A stretch of 64,000 bases of DNA. Origin: a virus (lineage: Duplodnaviria; Caudoviricetes). The translations under genes and the position numbers were made by a program. Location: the IMG/VR virus record IMGVR_UViG_3300032233_001498, positions 1-64,000 of that record; one strand, given 5' to 3'. Positions within the stretch are counted from its first letter, which is position 1. Every line of letters begins with the position of its first letter. Below are positions 1-9,124 of the stretch, in pieces. A model generated the notes under the pieces. The model was not told the DNA's origin and searched no databases. It saw only the letters and a program-made list of their open reading frames with translations.

Positions 1-1
1 A

Positions 2-1900
2 TACGCATATTCAAATGCTGCATATGCACAAGCAAACTCTGGATTCATCCAAGCAAATGCTGCGTTTGTTCACGCAAACTCAGCATACCAAAGTCAGAAT
101 GCAACTGGACAATATGCTAATGCGGCATATACTCATGCCAACTCTGCATACAATCAAGCAAACACCGCAACTACAAATGCAGCCACAGCAGACCAGAAAG
201 CAGTAAGTGCTGGTACCTATGCTAATGCGGCTTATACTCAGGCTAATACTGCAACTCAGTATGCAACAAGTGCCGGTGCTTATGCTAATGCGGCATACTC
301 ACAGGCGAATACTGCAACTCAATATGGTCAGTCTGCTGGTACTTACGCCAATGCAGCCTTCACATTAGCGAATACAAAGTACAGTTCATCAGGTGGTACA
401 ATCTCTGGTGATGCAGTCATTACAGGTAACTTGACAATACTTGGTTCACAAGTATATGCAAATACACAAACTGTACTGATTAAAGATAACATCATTACAT
501 TAAATGCAGCTATCGACCAAACTTCTACACCAACTGCTGATTCTGGTTTAGAAATTGACCGTGGTTCTGCCGCAAATGTGTACATGATTTATGATGAGTC
601 GAATGATAAGTGGAAGTTTACGAATGATGGCACAAACTACTCTTATGTTGGTGCCGAATCTGGTGCAACTTATGCAAATGCAGCTTATGCTCAGGCTAAC
701 ACCGCAGCTCAATACGGACAGTCATCAGGTGCTTACGCAAATTCTGCCTACTTGCAAGCAAATACTGCAACTCAGTATGCACAATCCGCAGGCACTTATG
801 CAAACGCAGCTTATGTAGCTGCTAATACGGCAGACCAAAAGGCAGTAAGTGCCGGTACATATGCGAATGCATCTTACGTACAAGCTAACACCGCAACTCA
901 ATATGGTCAGTCTGCCGGTGCATATGCTAATGCAGGTTATGCCGTTGCTAATACTGCCAATGTAAACGCAATTAGTGCTGGTACATATGCAAATGCTGCC
1001 TATACTCAAGCGAATACTGCCACAACTAATGCGGCCACAGCTGACCAAAAAGCGGTAAGTGCTGGTACTTATGCTAACGCAGCTTATGTTCAAGCTAACA
1101 CCGCAACTCAATACGGTACATCGGCCGGTGCATATGCTAATGCGGCCTATGTACAGGCAAATACTGCTACTCAATATGGTACAAGTGCTGGTGCTTATGC
1201 TAATGCGGCCTATGTACAGGCAAATACTGCTAATGCAACCGCAAACTATGCTTCTGCTCACGCAAACGCTGGTTACAACCAAGCAAATACTGCAACTCAG
1301 TATGCAACAAGTGCTGGTGCATATGCTAATGCCGCCTATTCACAAGCAAACACCGCAACAACAAATGCGGCCACGGCAGACCAAAAGGCAGTAAGTGCTG
1401 GTACATATGCAAATGCTGCCTATACTCAAGCGAATACTGCAACACAATACGGTCAGTCTTCTGGTGCTTACGCTAACGCATCATTTGCAGTTGCTAATAC
1501 TGCAAACGTAAATGCAATTAGTGCTGGTACTTACGCCAATGCTGCCTTTACGCAGGCAAATACTGCAAATACAAATGCGGCCACCGCAGACCAAAAGGCA
1601 GTAAGTGCTGGTGCTTACGCTAATGCAGCTTATTCACAAGCTAATACTGCAAACACAAATGCGGCCACAGCAGACCAAAAGGCAGTAAGTGCTGGTACTT
1701 ACGCCAATGCTGCCTTTACGCAGGCAAATACTGCAACACAATACGGTCAGTCTTCTGGCGCATATGCTAATGCGGCTTACTCACAGGCAAATACCGCAAC
1801 AACTAATGCGGCAACTGCTGACCAAAAGGCAGTAAGTGCTGGTACTTACGCTAATGCTGCCTACGCTGTTGCGAATACCAACTCATCCGTCAATAATACA
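2..1900 (+). repeat. Intragenic degenerate tandem repeats (63/84-nt units)
   Basis: Recurrent units ANTATQYGxSAGAYANAAYxQ (21 aa), ANTANVNAISAGTYANAAY/FxQ (21 aa) and ANTATTNAATADQKAVSAGTYANAAYxQ (28 aa); DNA such as gaccaaaaggcagtaagtgctggta is repeated many times. Confidence 0.9.
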
Positions 1901-2146
1901 CAGAATACCAATATCACATCAGCTGCGACTTATGCCAATGCAGCATTCGATAAAGCAAACTCTGCCGGTACTGTTGCCAATACAGACTACACAACCGTAT
2001 CTGCAACTGCCGGCACATATGGTAATACAACTGCGATTCCAGTAGTTACTGTTGCTGCAAACGGTCGTGTTACATCAATTACAACTCAGACTACCACTTA
2101 TGCACAGATTGGTGATGTTCTGGCACTTGCAATAGCATTAGGATAA
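2..2146 (+). CDS. Tail fibre/virion fibre protein, 5'-partial, with Ala/Asn-rich heptad repeats
   Basis: The frame of track ORF 431..2146 is open back to position 2. It has 21/28-aa repeat units, an internal GGTISGD..GNLTI..GLEIDRG module and a C-terminal GTYG..IPVVTVAANGRVT motif, and lies just upstream of neck gene 13. Confidence 0.7.
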   Translation, partial: YAYSNAAYAQANSGFIQANAAFVHANSAYQSQNATGQYANAAYTHANSAYNQANTATTNAATADQKAVSAGTYANAAYTQANTATQYATSAGAYANAAYSQANTATQYGQSAGTYANAAFTLANTKYSSSGGTISGDAVITGNLTILGSQVYANTQTVLIKDNIITLNAAIDQTSTPTADSGLEIDRGSAANVYMIYDESNDKWKFTNDGTNYSYVGAESGATYANAAYAQANTAAQYGQSSGAYANSAYLQANTATQYAQSAGTYANAAYVAANTADQKAVSAGTYANASYVQANTATQYGQSAGAYANAGYAVANTANVNAISAGTYANAAYTQANTATTNAATADQKAVSAGTYANAAYVQANTATQYGTSAGAYANAAYVQANTATQYGTSAGAYANAAYVQANTANATANYASAHANAGYNQANTATQYATSAGAYANAAYSQANTATTNAATADQKAVSAGTYANAAYTQANTATQYGQSSGAYANASFAVANTANVNAISAGTYANAAFTQANTANTNAATADQKAVSAGAYANAAYSQANTANTNAATADQKAVSAGTYANAAFTQANTATQYGQSSGAYANAAYSQANTATTNAATADQKAVSAGTYANAAYAVANTNSSVNNTQNTNITSAATYANAAFDKANSAGTVANTDYTTVSATAGTYGNTTAIPVVTVAANGRVTSITTQTTTYAQIGDVLALAIALG

Positions 2147-2149
2147 ATA
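2142..2149 (+). promoter_or_regulatory. T4-type late promoter (GATAAATA)
   Basis: NNTAAATA box just upstream of gene 13; the same box recurs before other structural genes and gp55 is encoded in the window. Confidence 0.6.
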
Positions 2150-2155
2150 TCAACT

Positions 2156-3112
2156 ATGGCTGCTCCAACTACTCGCTCACAATTTAAAGATTATTGCTTA
2201 CGCAGACTAGGTCATCCTGTTATTGAAATTAACGTAGATGATGACCAAGTTGAAGACCGTATTGATGATGCATTAGCATTCTTCCATGATTATCATTGGG
2301 ATGGTGTTGAGAAAATTTTTATGAAACATAGAATTCAACAGGCCGATATCGACCGTGGTTGGATTCATGTGCCAGAACCAGTTCTATTTGTAACTGGTGT
2401 TTTTCCGTTTGATGAATCCAATTCATCAATCAATATGTTCGATATGCGTTACCAATTACGTTTGCATGATTTGTATGACTTCACATCGGTAAGTTATGTG
2501 TCATATGAAATTACCATGCAACATTTGGCAACATTAAATATGTTGTTCTCTGGTAAACCACAATTCAGATTCAATAAACACAATGATAAGTTGATGTTGG
2601 ATATTGATTGGACACGTGACTTGGATGTAGGTCAGTATGTTGTAGTTGAATGTTATCGTAAAATGGCACCAGACAATACAACAATTACTGGTACAGTAAA
2701 CCTAGTTTCTGGCAATACTACTGTTATTGGTACTGGAACAATATTTGACCGTGAGTTAATTGAAGGTGATGAAGTAGGTTTCAGTAATGGTGAAACTATT
2801 CGTGTTAATAAAATCATTTCACCTACACAATTAACTTTGACTTATGCACCTACAAGTAATGCTGCAACTGCAACAATGTTAACTGCTGGTCTTTCTGATG
2901 TATGGAATGACCGTTTCTTGAAAGCATACGGAACCGCAAAAATTAAATATCAATGGGGTGCAAACCTATCTAAGTTTGCCGGCATTCAAATGCCTGGCGG
3001 TGTAACACTAGATGGCCCTCGCATTATGGCTGAAGCAAAAGAAGATATTGAAAAGTTAGAAGAAACTATGTTCAATTACAATTCTTTACCATCTGAAATT
3101 TTTGTTGGTTAA
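2156..3112 (+). CDS. gp13: Neck protein gp13
   Basis: YCLRRLGHPVIEINVDDDQVEDRIDDAL and KYQWGANLSKF..QMPGGVTLDG are typical of T4-like gp13; synteny agrees. Confidence 0.92.
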   Translation: MAAPTTRSQFKDYCLRRLGHPVIEINVDDDQVEDRIDDALAFFHDYHWDGVEKIFMKHRIQQADIDRGWIHVPEPVLFVTGVFPFDESNSSINMFDMRYQLRLHDLYDFTSVSYVSYEITMQHLATLNMLFSGKPQFRFNKHNDKLMLDIDWTRDLDVGQYVVVECYRKMAPDNTTITGTVNLVSGNTTVIGTGTIFDRELIEGDEVGFSNGETIRVNKIISPTQLTLTYAPTSNAATATMLTAGLSDVWNDRFLKAYGTAKIKYQWGANLSKFAGIQMPGGVTLDGPRIMAEAKEDIEKLEETMFNYNSLPSEIFVG

Positions 3113-3114
3113 TA

Positions 3115-4131
3115 ATGGCAACCAATTTTTACTTCAATAACTTTCCAAAAAATCATATTACTCCTGAGCAGTTGCTCATTGAGGATTTGGTTATTGAAGC
3201 GATGCAAATCTATGGCATGGACGTGTTCTATATGCCGAGAAGTTCCCGTGACTCTGTAGACCAGATTTACGGTGAAGATACACTTAAAACATATCGCAAA
3301 GCATATCCTATCGAAATGTATATGGAGAATGTTACCGGTATGGACGGTGAACAGGACTTTATTTCTAAGTTTGGTTTAGAGATTCGTGATGAACTAACAA
3401 TGTTGGTGTCACGCAGAAGATTTAAGTATTCAACTGGTGCTGAGAATTTGGTCAGACCACGTGAAGGTGATTTGGTTTATGTGCCGTTAGTACAGAACTT
3501 CTTTGAAATCACATTTGTTGAAGATGAGAATGACCAAGCAATGTTTCATACCTTGGGTCGTGGTAGAGGCGGCAACGTTTATGTCTATGCACTAAAGTTG
3601 AAACAGTTTGTGTTTTCTGAAGAAGTTATTGAAACTGGTATTGAAGAGATTGATGAACAGATTCGTGACGCATACAAGAAGACACTCATTTATGTTACAG
3701 GTGCCACAGACCGTTATGTACAAGATGAGATTGTTTACCAAGGTGAAAACGTTGCAAACTCAACTGCACAGGCAATTGTTTACTCATATACATCAAATGC
3801 ACCTAACTACATATTAGAAGTTACAAGAGTTCGTGGTACGTTCATGGCGAACGTAGAAATTATTGGTGCAACAAGTAACACTAGATACGATATGGTGTCT
3901 AAAGATGACATGACACCATTTGACAATATCAATGAAGATATTGCTGATAACAATCTATTTGAACAAGAATCGGAAGGTTTGATTGATTTCTCTGAATTCA
4001 ATCCGTTTAGTGAGGTTGTTTTAACATACAGAATCTCTATGGATAGTAGTAAAGTAACCATGGATAATTTGATTACAAATTCAACAGAATTAGAAAAGGT
4101 CCGACTATTCATGGACAACGAGGATTTTTAA
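3115..4131 (+). CDS. gp14: Neck/head-completion protein gp14
   Basis: EQLLIEDLVIEA, SKFGLEIRDE, RPREGDLVY motifs; follows gp13. Confidence 0.92.
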   Translation: MATNFYFNNFPKNHITPEQLLIEDLVIEAMQIYGMDVFYMPRSSRDSVDQIYGEDTLKTYRKAYPIEMYMENVTGMDGEQDFISKFGLEIRDELTMLVSRRRFKYSTGAENLVRPREGDLVYVPLVQNFFEITFVEDENDQAMFHTLGRGRGGNVYVYALKLKQFVFSEEVIETGIEEIDEQIRDAYKKTLIYVTGATDRYVQDEIVYQGENVANSTAQAIVYSYTSNAPNYILEVTRVRGTFMANVEIIGATSNTRYDMVSKDDMTPFDNINEDIADNNLFEQESEGLIDFSEFNPFSEVVLTYRISMDSSKVTMDNLITNSTELEKVRLFMDNEDF

Positions 4132-4839
4132 ATGACACGAAGAATAATTTTAAACGGTACAGTTGCCAACGATGGCACAGGTGATACTCTACGAACTGCT
4201 GCACAGAAGATTAATGATAACTTTGCAGAAGTTTACAATGCATTTGGTGACGCTACATCAATTGCGCTACGACCGGCAACAAGAGCAAACTTAGGTGGTG
4301 TGTTTATTGGTGCATCGTTGAACGTTGCATCTAACGGCCAATTAAGTGCAAACATTGCCACAACCACAGGTCTTGGTGTTGTTAAAGTAGGTTCATCTTT
4401 AATCATTTCTGCAAACGGACAAATCGATGCTAACATTCCTGATTCTATTTTAGATTTAGGTATCTCTGACGGTTCAGCAGGCCAATTCTTGCGTACAAAC
4501 GGTAATGGAGGATTTAGTTTTGCTTCGACAGGTGGTGGCGCAAACACCGGTAATCCATTTGACCAAAACCTGAATACAACAAATACTGTATCATTTGTTA
4601 CAACAACATCTGAACAGTTCTTATTATCTGGCGCAGGTGTACCAACAGTCGAATCTGATACTACACTTAATTTGTCGGCAAACACACGTGTCTCTGTTAT
4701 TTACTCACCATTCAAATTAAAGTCGTATACTTCTACCGAGAGAAATGCATTAGTATCACAAAATGGTGATTTGATTTATAACGCAACCACAAACAAATTT
4801 CAAGGTTATGCCGCAAACACTTGGGTCGATTTACACTAA
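4132..4839 (+). CDS. Virion structural protein with gp9/gp10-like N-terminal motif
   Basis: N-terminal GTVANDGTGDTLRTAAQKINDNFAEVY, characteristic of T4 baseplate/fibre-attachment proteins; Gly-rich fibre-like body. Confidence 0.6.
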   Translation: MTRRIILNGTVANDGTGDTLRTAAQKINDNFAEVYNAFGDATSIALRPATRANLGGVFIGASLNVASNGQLSANIATTTGLGVVKVGSSLIISANGQIDANIPDSILDLGISDGSAGQFLRTNGNGGFSFASTGGGANTGNPFDQNLNTTNTVSFVTTTSEQFLLSGAGVPTVESDTTLNLSANTRVSVIYSPFKLKSYTSTERNALVSQNGDLIYNATTNKFQGYAANTWVDLH

Positions 4840-4848
4840 AGGTTTATA

Positions 4849-7239
4849 ATGAGAGAGTATATTGTCAGTCTTAAAAAAGACGTTGACTACGATTCATTTT
4901 GGAATGAAATTGAATCAGTCAGCAATGGTGACGGTTTTGTTCCGGCAAGACGAGTAGAGATTGTAAATAACCGTGATGGTTCATTGCGTAGTTGCCATTA
5001 CTCCCTTACTTCCGAAGAAGCGGCACTACTGACAAATGATGACCGTGTTTATTCGGTAGAAATTCCACCTCAACAAAGAACAGACATTGAGATTGGACTT
5101 AAAGTAACACAAACCGGTAATTTTAATAAAACTACCTCTGATGCAGGCAGCAATATTAACTGGGGTTTAATTCGTCACAGTAATAACACAAACGTTTATG
5201 GAACATCTACAAACACAACACTATCATATCTTTATGATTTTGATGGTACAGGTGTTGATGTTGTTATCTCAGATAGTGGCCTACAAGTAGACCATCCAGA
5301 ATTTCAAGATAGTTCGGGTGTATCACGTGTGCAATTAATTAACTGGTATACAGAATCAGGTGTAGCTGGCACACAATCCGCATTTCACTACAGAGATTAT
5401 GATGGGCACGGAACACACGTTGCTGGTATCACCGCAGGTAAACGTTATGGTTGGGCAAAAAATTCTCGAATCTATTCTATTAAAGTTAATGGACTAGAAG
5501 GTACAGGAGACTCAGGTGGTATTTCTATCACAGATTGTTTTGATGTAATTAAGTTATGGCATCGAAACAAACCAGTTGACGCATCTACAGGTTTTAAACG
5601 ACCAACTATTGTTAATATGAGTTGGGGTTATGGTCGGGATTTTGTTAGGATTAATGGAGGTTCTTATCGTGGAGCTGCATGGTCAGGTTCAGCACGTGAC
5701 ACATCAAAAGGTATGACTGGTGTGTTTACTGGTTCAAGTTATCGTCATCCTGTCAGAGTTGGTTCAGTCGATTCTGATGTACAAGAATTAATTGATGAAG
5801 GTGTTATTGTTTGTATTGCCGCAGGTAATGAATATAGTAAGTCAGACCGAGTTGGTGGATTAGACTACAACAATTATTACAACGACACAACTGAAGGACA
5901 AATTTACTATAATAGAGGCATGAGTCCCCATAGTGATAATGCAATTAAAGTTGGTTCATTAGATTCAACTGTCTATAGTGCATCACTAGACCAAAAATCT
6001 GTATTTAGCAATTCAGGACCAGGCATTGATATTTTTGCTGCCGGTTCAGATATTATGAGTACATGTAGCGCTATCAATATACGTGGTGGTGTAGGTTATT
6101 ATTGGAATAGTGCTTTCAAACAGTTAAATATTAGTGGCACTTCTATGGCATCACCACAGGTTTGTGGTATTGGTGCATTGTACCTACAAGCAAATCTTAA
6201 TGCAACACCATCACAAGTTAAAACTGCTTTACAAACTTTGGCAAAAGACCAAGTCTATAGAACAGGTTTAAATAACGATTATACAAATCAACGTTCTGTT
6301 TGGGGTGCAACTGCGAATGTAACATACTTTGCGGCATCCGCAAACGTTTCTGCGCCAGTAACACCACCAGCCGGAAACACTTCAAGTATTATATTGCAAG
6401 GTCAATATGTTAAAATTGGTTTTAGTGGTTTAAGTGGTACTGTTGGTTATGGTGGTTCTACTAAACCTGGTATTCAATATGATTCTACCGGCACAGGAAA
6501 TTTTCCTGGCACCACAGATTATTTAACTCCTGGTAGTCCGTTTGAAGGTTGGGCAGTTAAGTACGCCAGCACAATGCGAGGTTACAACAACAACTATTTT
6601 TATAACACACCTGGCGTTGCGGGTTCATTTGTAAACTATTCTGGTGTATCTTTTCGTGGTGAACTGTTTGATAAACGTGTTTTGTGGACAGGTGAGGTAA
6701 TTGGTCAGTATACAATTGAACATGATGTGCGCTTCAATAACGATTTTGAAAAAATTGATTTTCAAACCACAATTAAAAATAATTCAGCTTCTGCATTTAC
6801 AGATTTGAGATATGCACGTTTTATTGACCCAGATGCCGGCGCAGATGTTGGTGGTTCATTCAGTACAAAAAACTACAGAGGTTATCCTGCTTTAGGTATC
6901 TCTGCTCGTAACGTTGTTATTGCTGAGACAACAGTTGGTCCTGCTTTTGTACTAGGACTATTCTCACCTATGGCAACAAACGTAAATACAGGCATTGCAT
7001 ACCCTTGGGGTGAAGACCCTGATGTATATTATGCAGGTCCGGACTTTGCTTCAGGTGATAATGCTATTGGTATAGCGTTCAATAAATCTACACTAAGTAG
7101 TGGTGAATCTGTAACTTTCAGATACTCATATTTCACCACACCAAATGCCTTGAATCTTAAAAACTTGTTTGAAATTCCGGTATTTAACGTATTCAAAGGA
7201 ATCGGTGGACGTTCTACTGCTTCCTTTAAAAAGGTATAA
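4849..7239 (+). CDS. Subtilisin-like S8 serine protease with C-terminal beta-rich domain
   Basis: Catalytic triad motifs VVISDSG (Asp), HGTHVAG (His), SGTSMASP (Ser) and oxyanion AAGNE; I9-like N-terminal prodomain; about 290-aa C-terminal extension. Confidence 0.88.
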   Translation: MREYIVSLKKDVDYDSFWNEIESVSNGDGFVPARRVEIVNNRDGSLRSCHYSLTSEEAALLTNDDRVYSVEIPPQQRTDIEIGLKVTQTGNFNKTTSDAGSNINWGLIRHSNNTNVYGTSTNTTLSYLYDFDGTGVDVVISDSGLQVDHPEFQDSSGVSRVQLINWYTESGVAGTQSAFHYRDYDGHGTHVAGITAGKRYGWAKNSRIYSIKVNGLEGTGDSGGISITDCFDVIKLWHRNKPVDASTGFKRPTIVNMSWGYGRDFVRINGGSYRGAAWSGSARDTSKGMTGVFTGSSYRHPVRVGSVDSDVQELIDEGVIVCIAAGNEYSKSDRVGGLDYNNYYNDTTEGQIYYNRGMSPHSDNAIKVGSLDSTVYSASLDQKSVFSNSGPGIDIFAAGSDIMSTCSAINIRGGVGYYWNSAFKQLNISGTSMASPQVCGIGALYLQANLNATPSQVKTALQTLAKDQVYRTGLNNDYTNQRSVWGATANVTYFAASANVSAPVTPPAGNTSSIILQGQYVKIGFSGLSGTVGYGGSTKPGIQYDSTGTGNFPGTTDYLTPGSPFEGWAVKYASTMRGYNNNYFYNTPGVAGSFVNYSGVSFRGELFDKRVLWTGEVIGQYTIEHDVRFNNDFEKIDFQTTIKNNSASAFTDLRYARFIDPDAGADVGGSFSTKNYRGYPALGISARNVVIAETTVGPAFVLGLFSPMATNVNTGIAYPWGEDPDVYYAGPDFASGDNAIGIAFNKSTLSSGESVTFRYSYFTTPNALNLKNLFEIPVFNVFKGIGGRSTASFKKV

Positions 7240-7241
7240 TA

Positions 7242-8276
7242 ATGTTAGGTAATCATTACTTCTATAACAGAACTATTCGCAAAATTGTTGTTGCGTTTGG
7301 TTCATTGTTTAATGAAATTATTGTTGTACGTAAAAACAAAGCACAAACAACCAATTTTGAACAGTTTAAAGTGCCTTTAATTTATGGTTCAAAAGAGAAA
7401 TATCTAACACGTTTACAATCAGACCCAACTTTAGTTAAATCTATTGCAATGAATTTGCCACGTATCAGTTTTGAAATGACTGGTATGACTTATGATTCAT
7501 CACGTAAACAAATCTCGACTGCACAAAACTTTGCAATAAGAACAGGTAACAATACTAAGACTGGTGTAAATTCTCAATATATGCCTGTGCCATATAATTA
7601 TGATTTCAGTATGGCAATCTATGTACGTAATACGGAAGATGGTGCCCAAATCTTAGAACAAATTTTACCGTTTTTTACACCCGATTATACTGTAACAATT
7701 TCATATAGTACAGAAATGGCACAAAAATATGATGTGCCTATTATCTTAGATTCAGTATCTAATGAAGTAGACTATGAAGGTGACATGATGAACACCCGAA
7801 TGATTATTTGGAATTTATCATTCACAGTTAAAGGTTTTGTATTTCCACCAGTTAAGAATTCTGAAATTATCCGTATGGCAAACACCAATGTTTACATCGA
7901 TAATTCAATACAAGAAGTTCAAACTGTATTGGTTGATACTGCAAATGGCCAAGGTACCTTTGTTCAGAACGAAGCAGTACGTGTGGCAAACACCAACATT
8001 TCTGGCCTAGTTGTTAAGTATGATACTGCAACAAATACCGGAGTCTCAGATACCGCATACTTATACATAAGCGGTATGGATAAGAAATTAAATAATGGTG
8101 ATACATTGAAAGGTGATGATAGTAATGCGATTCGTACAGTCACATCTTTAGATAGACTGTATATTACTCCTATTCTTGCCTCTACTGTTACAACTGTACC
8201 TTCTCCGTTTGATTCTGAACCAGATGATGAATTTGGATTCTCAGAAACAATCAAGAATTGGCCCGATACTATATGA
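7242..8276 (+). CDS. gp15: Tail sheath stabiliser/terminator gp15
   Basis: YFYNRTIRKIVVAFGSLFN, KVPLIYGSKEKYL, LPRISFEM, EQILPFFTP motifs. Confidence 0.92.
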   Translation: MLGNHYFYNRTIRKIVVAFGSLFNEIIVVRKNKAQTTNFEQFKVPLIYGSKEKYLTRLQSDPTLVKSIAMNLPRISFEMTGMTYDSSRKQISTAQNFAIRTGNNTKTGVNSQYMPVPYNYDFSMAIYVRNTEDGAQILEQILPFFTPDYTVTISYSTEMAQKYDVPIILDSVSNEVDYEGDMMNTRMIIWNLSFTVKGFVFPPVKNSEIIRMANTNVYIDNSIQEVQTVLVDTANGQGTFVQNEAVRVANTNISGLVVKYDTATNTGVSDTAYLYISGMDKKLNNGDTLKGDDSNAIRTVTSLDRLYITPILASTVTTVPSPFDSEPDDEFGFSETIKNWPDTI

Positions 8277-8680
8277 AACAATTGAATGAAAATTTATCTA
8301 AACTGCTTGATGTTGAACCTATAGACATGACACCAATAGAGGTTTTGCCGGCCGTGGTCGATGAAGTCTCCGGAAGTAAAGCAGACATTGATGAAGACTT
8401 TGAATTTGCTCGCAAGAACATGAAAGACCTAATCAAACAAGGTAATTCAGCAGTTGAACAAATCATTTCGGTTGCAAAAGCAACTGACCATCCACGTGCC
8501 TATGAAGTTGTTGCAACCTTAATTAATTCGGTTGCAGCTATGAACAAAGACCTGATGGACATCCGTAAGAAGAAACAAGACATTACCGGCGAAAAGAAGA
8601 CACAGAATATCAACGTAGATAAGGCTGTGTTTGTTGGTTCTACAGCAGAGTTAATCAGACAAATCAAGGAAAATAAATAA
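8273..8680 (+). CDS. gp16: Terminase small subunit gp16
   Basis: DFEFARKNM..HPRAYEV..AVFVGSTAEL; the ATG at 8273 overlaps the gp15 stop (ATGA). Confidence 0.88.
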   Translation: MKQLNENLSKLLDVEPIDMTPIEVLPAVVDEVSGSKADIDEDFEFARKNMKDLIKQGNSAVEQIISVAKATDHPRAYEVVATLINSVAAMNKDLMDIRKKKQDITGEKKTQNINVDKAVFVGSTAELIRQIKENK

Positions 8681-8684
8681 GATT

Positions 8685-9119
8685 ATGGAACAACTAATTC
8701 AACAACTAAAAACAATCTTGGGTACAAATTTTCATTTGTATACCAAGTCACATTCATATCATTGGAACATTGAAGGTCCTTTCTTTGATTCTTATCACAC
8801 ATTTTTAGGTACTTTATATACCGCAATTTGGGGTAATACAGACCTTATTGCTGAAAAGATTCGTATGTGTGGTGCCTATGCACCTACAGGACTTGTTCGT
8901 TTGATGGAATTATCCGACTTAGAAGACACAGAGAATGTTCCAGATGCACATACTATGTTGGCAAACTTAGCACAAGATAATGATAGATTCATTTATCACT
9001 TGCGTGCTGGCATTTCGGCTGCTGAACAAGCAAACGAACCAGCTATTGGTAATTTTCTACAAGATTTGTTAGACCAACACCAGAAACATGCATGGATGTT
9101 AAAAAGTCTTATTAAGTAA
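8685..9119 (+). CDS. dps: Dps/ferritin-like DNA-protection protein
   Basis: HSYHWNIEGPFF..H..DLIAEKIR ferroxidase signature and C-terminal H.KHAWML. Confidence 0.88.
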   Translation: MEQLIQQLKTILGTNFHLYTKSHSYHWNIEGPFFDSYHTFLGTLYTAIWGNTDLIAEKIRMCGAYAPTGLVRLMELSDLEDTENVPDAHTMLANLAQDNDRFIYHLRAGISAAEQANEPAIGNFLQDLLDQHQKHAWMLKSLIK

Positions 9120-9124
9120 ATTTG

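Noticed and set aside
2-2146. Possible CRISPR array or non-coding repeat
   Set aside because: Repeats are in frame, vary at synonymous positions and have no unique spacers; they are protein repeats.
4015-4131. gp14 C-terminal extension as a frameshift or gene fusion
   Set aside because: Short tail with no slippery site or independent domain; probably ordinary variation.
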